Assembly: GCA_009993605.1 (NCBI GenBank)
Contig: JAACTB010000007.1
Coordinates: 771,333-835,332 of the forward strand
Direction: 5' to 3'
DNA length: 64,000 bases
Source: Erythrobacter sp.
GTDB taxonomy: Bacteria; Pseudomonadota; Alphaproteobacteria; Sphingomonadales; Sphingomonadaceae
The translations under genes and the position numbers were made by a program. Shown here piece after piece: positions 60,073-64,000 of the stretch. The first letter of the stretch is position 1. Every line of letters begins with the position of its first letter. The notes under the pieces are model-generated. The model saw only the letters and a list, made by a program, of their open reading frames with translations. It was not told the DNA's origin and searched no databases.

Positions 60073-60759
60073 TTACCCGACCTTACTACACACTTGTGCC
60101 GCCAAGGCCAGCAGAGCGGCATCGTCCGGGCGTTCGGCGATGTGGATGGCGCGCCAGCCATCGCCTGCCGCAGGTACGAGACGCGGGCCGATCAGCACTG
60201 CATCCAATTGAGCGCGAGACAGATTTAGCCGCTCGCATTCCGCCCCGAAATGGCGCGCGAGTTCGGCGGAATGGAGCAGGACGACGCCGCCTCGACCAAG
60301 ATTGTCCGCGAGCGCCGGGCCGATCGGGAGGTGACGTAGCCGATAGACGACTGCGTCGGTCACCTCGATTCCCGCAGGCGGGTCGAGCACGATCCGCGCT
60401 TCGCCGCCGGGGCGCAGAAGATTCAGCCTGCGTCCTGCGAGCAAGGCAACGACATTGGCGAGGCCACCATGCCCGACGGTCTCGACCGTGAAGCCGCTCG
60501 CGCGCGCCGCGTCGGCGGTGGTCTCGCCGACGCAATGGACGGGCAGATCCCACAAAGTCTCGATAAGTGGAGCGCCGTGCCGAAACACGTTCGCGCTACC
60601 GACCAAAAGGCCGTCGAAGCGCCGATCGGGGATCTGCCAAGCGACCGCCTCGACCTGGGCGAGCGGTTCCCCTTCCAATGTCAGGCCGATGGACCGAGCG
60701 GCGGCGGCGCTCGCGCTCCAGCCGGGTTCGGGTCGGAGCAGGAAGGCCGGTCGGCTCAC
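60073..60759 (-). CDS. hemD: Uroporphyrinogen-III synthase
   Basis: LLRPEPG...S, SANVF, VGETTA, VY, HS; GTGA overlap with the hemC stop. Confidence 0.85.
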   Translation of the reverse strand: MSRPAFLLRPEPGWSASAAAARSIGLTLEGEPLAQVEAVAWQIPDRRFDGLLVGSANVFRHGAPLIETLWDLPVHCVGETTADAARASGFTVETVGHGGLANVVALLAGRRLNLLRPGGEARIVLDPPAGIEVTDAVVYRLRHLPIGPALADNLGRGGVVLLHSAELARHFGAECERLNLSRAQLDAVLIGPRLVPAAGDGWRAIHIAERPDDAALLALAAQVCSKVG

Positions 60760-61709
60760 GCGGCCCCGTCGAACAGCGATCGGACCTGTTCCGGCGCGTC
60801 TTTCAGCAGCGAAAGGGCGAGAGCGCGCGCGGCTTCGCGATCCGTTCGCGCGAACCGCGCCTCGTCCTCGATGCGGATCGCACCCTCGGCACTGTAGATC
60901 GCGGCGCGCAGGACCAATTCCTCGCCCTCGATGCGGCTCAAGGCGGCGACCGGGCTGTGGCACGATCCACCCAATCCTTCGAGCAGTGCGCGCTCCGCCA
61001 TCACCTCGTCATGGCTCGGCGCATGATCGATCGCGGCGAAGATCGCCTGCATTCGCTCGTCGCCCGCGCGGCATTCGATCCCGATCGCAGCCTGCCCCGG
61101 CGCGGGCAACCAGTCTTCGGGCGCAAGCCGCGTGCCGACCGCGTCCTCGCCCAATCGATTGAGCCCGGCGGCGGCGAGGAAGGTGGCATCGACCTCGCCC
61201 GCAGCCAGCTTAGCCATGCGGGTCGCGACATTGCCGCGAAAGGTGACGACGCGGCAATCGGGTCGGCGATGGAGCAATTGCGCCGCGCGGCGCGGGGCGC
61301 TCGTGCCGATGGTCGCGCCTTGCGGCAGGGCGATCACCGATTCCGCGCCCAGCAGCCGGTCGGCGCGATCCTCTCGCTTCAGGATCGCGGGAATCGCGAA
61401 GCCTTCGGGGCGGAGCGTCTCGACATCCTTCATCGAATGGACCGCCCCGTCGATCCAGCCTTCCTCCAGCCAGATATCGAGCTCGCGCGTCCACAGGGCC
61501 TTGCCGCCGATCTCGGCTAGCGGCCGGTCCTGTATCCGGTCTCCGCTGGCGATCACCGGCATCAGATCGACCGCGCTCTCGTCCCAGCCATGCGCCGCGC
61601 ACAGGCGCGCCCGCGCCTCGCTCGCCTGCGCCATCGCGAGGGGCGAACGGCGGGTGCCGAGGCGGATCGGTCGATCGAGAGGAGTGGATTTCGAAACGGG
61701 GGCTGGCAT
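60756..61709 (-). CDS. hemC: Hydroxymethylbilane synthase
   Basis: RLGTRRSPLAMAQ, GDRIQD..L..IGGKALWT.EL, AVHSMKD, GTSAPRR, RGNV.TR, GSC.SP. Confidence 0.97.
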   Translation of the reverse strand: MPAPVSKSTPLDRPIRLGTRRSPLAMAQASEARARLCAAHGWDESAVDLMPVIASGDRIQDRPLAEIGGKALWTRELDIWLEEGWIDGAVHSMKDVETLRPEGFAIPAILKREDRADRLLGAESVIALPQGATIGTSAPRRAAQLLHRRPDCRVVTFRGNVATRMAKLAAGEVDATFLAAAGLNRLGEDAVGTRLAPEDWLPAPGQAAIGIECRAGDERMQAIFAAIDHAPSHDEVMAERALLEGLGGSCHSPVAALSRIEGEELVLRAAIYSAEGAIRIEDEARFARTDREAARALALSLLKDAPEQVRSLFDGAA

Positions 61710-61754
61710 CGCGTCGCCTTGCCCTAGCGGTGTGGGTCGCTAAGGGAAAGCGCG

Positions 61755-62795
61755 ATGGGCCTGGTACTCGGGATAGAATCGAGCTGCGACGAAACCGCGG
61801 CGGCGCTGGTGACGAGCGATCGCACGATTCTGGCGCAGCGGATCGCGTCGCAGGATGCCGAGCACGCGCCTTATGGCGGCGTGGTGCCTGAGATCGCGGC
61901 ACGTGCCCATGCCGAACGGCTGGCCCCCATGATCGCGGCTGTCCTGAAAGATGCGGGCAAGACGCTGGACGATTGCGACGCGATCGCGGCGACTGCCGGG
62001 CCAGGCCTCATCGGCGGCGTCATGGTCGGGCTGGTCAGCGCCAAGGCGCTGGCGATGGCGAGCGACACGCCGCTCATCGCGATCAACCATCTCGAAGGCC
62101 ACGCCCTGTCGCCGCGCCTTGCCGATCCGACGCTGGATTTCCCGTATCTCCTGCTGCTCGCTTCGGGCGGGCATTGCCAGATCCTGCTGGTGGAAGGTGT
62201 CGGACGCTACACCCGGCTCGCCACGACGATCGACGATGCGCTGGGCGAGGCTTTCGACAAGAGCGCCAAGGTGCTGGGCCTCGGCTATCCCGGCGGCCCG
62301 GCGGTAGAGCGGCTGGCGAAGGAGGGCGATGCCACGAAGGTGCCCCTGCCCCGTCCCCTGCTGGGATCGAAGGAACCGCATTTCTCCTTCGCAGGGCTCA
62401 AGAGCGCGGTGCTGCGTGCCAAGGAAGCGGGCACATACGCCGACGCCGATATTGCGGCGAGCTTCCAACAGGCGGCGCTCGATTGCGTGCTCGACCGGCT
62501 GACGTTCAGCTGCGAACGTATCGACACAGTTCCGGCGCTGGTCGTGGCGGGCGGCGTCGCGGCCAATCAGGCGATCCGCGCCGGCCTCGAACGTTTTGCT
62601 GCGGAGCGCGCGATGCGCTTCGTCGCTCCGCCGCCGAAATTGTGCACCGACAATGCGGCGATGATCGCCTGGGCTGGCTGCGAACGGCTGGCGCTGGACG
62701 GATTCCGGCCCGATCCGCTCGACATTGCCGCGCGCCCGCGCTGGCCGCTCGACCCGGCGGCCGAACCGGCGCGCGGGGCGGGAGTGAAGGCATGA
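61755..62795 (+). CDS. tsaD: tRNA N6-threonylcarbamoyltransferase
   Basis: [60 protein letters not shown]. Confidence 0.97.
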   Translation: MGLVLGIESSCDETAAALVTSDRTILAQRIASQDAEHAPYGGVVPEIAARAHAERLAPMIAAVLKDAGKTLDDCDAIAATAGPGLIGGVMVGLVSAKALAMASDTPLIAINHLEGHALSPRLADPTLDFPYLLLLASGGHCQILLVEGVGRYTRLATTIDDALGEAFDKSAKVLGLGYPGGPAVERLAKEGDATKVPLPRPLLGSKEPHFSFAGLKSAVLRAKEAGTYADADIAASFQQAALDCVLDRLTFSCERIDTVPALVVAGGVAANQAIRAGLERFAAERAMRFVAPPPKLCTDNAAMIAWAGCERLALDGFRPDPLDIAARPRWPLDPAAEPARGAGVKA

Positions 62796-63787
62796 ATGCG
62801 CCAGCGAAGATCGGCGTCCTCGGCGCGGGCGCCTGGGGCACGGCGCTCGCCCAGATGCTGGCGAGCGACGGGCGCGAGGTCCTGTTGTGGGCACGCGAGG
62901 AGGCATTGGTCGAGGAGATCAATACCGCGCGGACCAATTCGCTCTATCTCCCCTCGGCTCGGCTCGCCCCCTCGATCCGCGCGACCAGCGACTTGGCCGC
63001 GATGGCCGCGCTCGATATCGCGCTCGTCGTCACTCCCGCGCAGCACATGGGCAGCGTGCTCGGCGCCATGCCGGATCATCCCGGCGATCTGGTGCTCTGC
63101 TCCAAGGGGATCGAGGCAAGCAGCGGGAAACTGATGAACCACGTCGCGCGCGACGTGGCACCCGGCGCAGCCATCGCCGTCCTGTCCGGGCCGACCTTCG
63201 CGCACGAGGTGGTGGACGGCCTGCCTACGGCGGTCACGCTGGCTTGCGATGGAGGGGAAGACCAATGGGAGCGGCTCGCGCCCGCCATCGCACGGCCCGC
63301 CTTCCGCCCCTATTATTCCGACGATGTTGCGGGTGCCGAGATCGGAGGGGCGGTCAAGAACGTGCTCGCCATCGCCTGCGGCGTCGTCGACGGGCTGGAC
63401 CTCGGCCAGAACGCCCGCGCCGCCCTGATCGCGCGCGGCTACGCCGAAATGCTGCGGTTCGGCGAGGCACTGGGCGCGCGGGCGGAAACATTGGCGGGCC
63501 TGTGCGGATTGGGCGATCTGGTCCTCACCTGCTCGTCCACCTCCAGCCGCAATTTCTCGCTCGGCAAGGCGCTGGGCGAAGGGCGCAGCGCCGCCGATCT
63601 GATGGCGGATCGCCGGACGGTGGCCGAAGGCGCGCACACCGCACCAGTGCTCGCCCGCATGGCGCGCGAGATGGATATCGCCATGCCGATCGTCGACGCG
63701 GTGGAGCGCCTGCTGGAGGGCGCAGAGGCGCGCGGCGTGGTCTCCGACCTGCTCGCCCGGCCGCTACGCGCGGAACGCGGCGCCTGA
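62792..63787 (+). CDS. gpsA: NAD(P)H-dependent glycerol-3-phosphate dehydrogenase
   Basis: [52 protein letters not shown]. Confidence 0.97.
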   Translation: MNAPAKIGVLGAGAWGTALAQMLASDGREVLLWAREEALVEEINTARTNSLYLPSARLAPSIRATSDLAAMAALDIALVVTPAQHMGSVLGAMPDHPGDLVLCSKGIEASSGKLMNHVARDVAPGAAIAVLSGPTFAHEVVDGLPTAVTLACDGGEDQWERLAPAIARPAFRPYYSDDVAGAEIGGAVKNVLAIACGVVDGLDLGQNARAALIARGYAEMLRFGEALGARAETLAGLCGLGDLVLTCSSTSSRNFSLGKALGEGRSAADLMADRRTVAEGAHTAPVLARMAREMDIAMPIVDAVERLLEGAEARGVVSDLLARPLRAERGA

Positions 63788-63789
63788 GC

Positions 63790-64000
63790 GTGAGCCTGCC
63801 GCCCCGGATACCGCCCGGCTCGCCCGCAGCCGCTGGCCTGCCGCCATCCGGCACGCCCGATGGCCCCGATGGCGATATCGCCGCGCTGGCAAAGGGCGGG
63901 CGCACCAATTTCTTCGGTTTCCTGCTGCGCCTCGCCGCGCGCATCCCCTTCCTGTTCATCGCCGGGCGTCTCTACGGCGCGGCCGAGCTGGGGCGCTTCG
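63790..64000 (+). CDS. Polysaccharide flippase / MATE-like protein, 5' fragment running off the window
   Basis: Open frame from GTG 63790: ...DIAALAKGGRTNFFGFLLRLAARIPFLFIAGRLYGAAELGRF; typical first TM of oligosaccharide flippases; start uncertain. Confidence 0.6.
   Translation, partial: MSLPPRIPPGSPAAAGLPPSGTPDGPDGDIAALAKGGRTNFFGFLLRLAARIPFLFIAGRLYGAAELGRF

Noticed and set aside
1-64000. Mobile elements, prophage, defence systems, rRNA/tRNA, riboswitches
   Set aside because: No recognisable integrase, transposase, phage, restriction or cas motifs and no RNA signature other than tmRNA; a covariance-model scan of 35378-35682 and 42099-42394 would be needed to exclude cis-regulatory RNAs

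Overview
High-GC alphaproteobacterial chromosome segment, mostly core genome. Gene content and order suggest Sphingomonadales, probably Erythrobacteraceae (inference). I can support about 60 CDS. They include cysE/hda, purM-purN, ndk, holC, pepA, lptD-surA-pdxA-rsmA, glcB, an M20 hydrolase-astA-astB cluster, mscL, lemA-TPM-TPM-NUDIX, recF, tesA/ybbA/ybbP, typA, two TonB-dependent receptors, putP-ggt, the ATP-grasp/alpha-E/transglutaminase/Anbu operon, uvrB, dsbD, hemC-hemD-Mic60-like and tsaD-gpsA. A circularly permuted two-piece tmRNA gene (tag ANDNEALALAA) is also present. I found no integrase, transposase, prophage, rRNA, tRNA or CRISPR array. The most unusual item was missed by the ORF track: a minus-strand unit at 26901-27526 with a perfect sigma54 promoter, repeated upstream sites, two tandem paralogous 37-aa hydrophobic peptides (17/37 identical) and a PspC-domain gene that is out of frame by 1 nt. 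Other items of note are a second perfect sigma54 promoter before an 80-aa membrane protein, a PurN-YjbR fusion, a truncated AST pathway, and a 23-bp duplication next to the tmRNA 3' end. All calls come from motif recognition by eye; no database searches were run.
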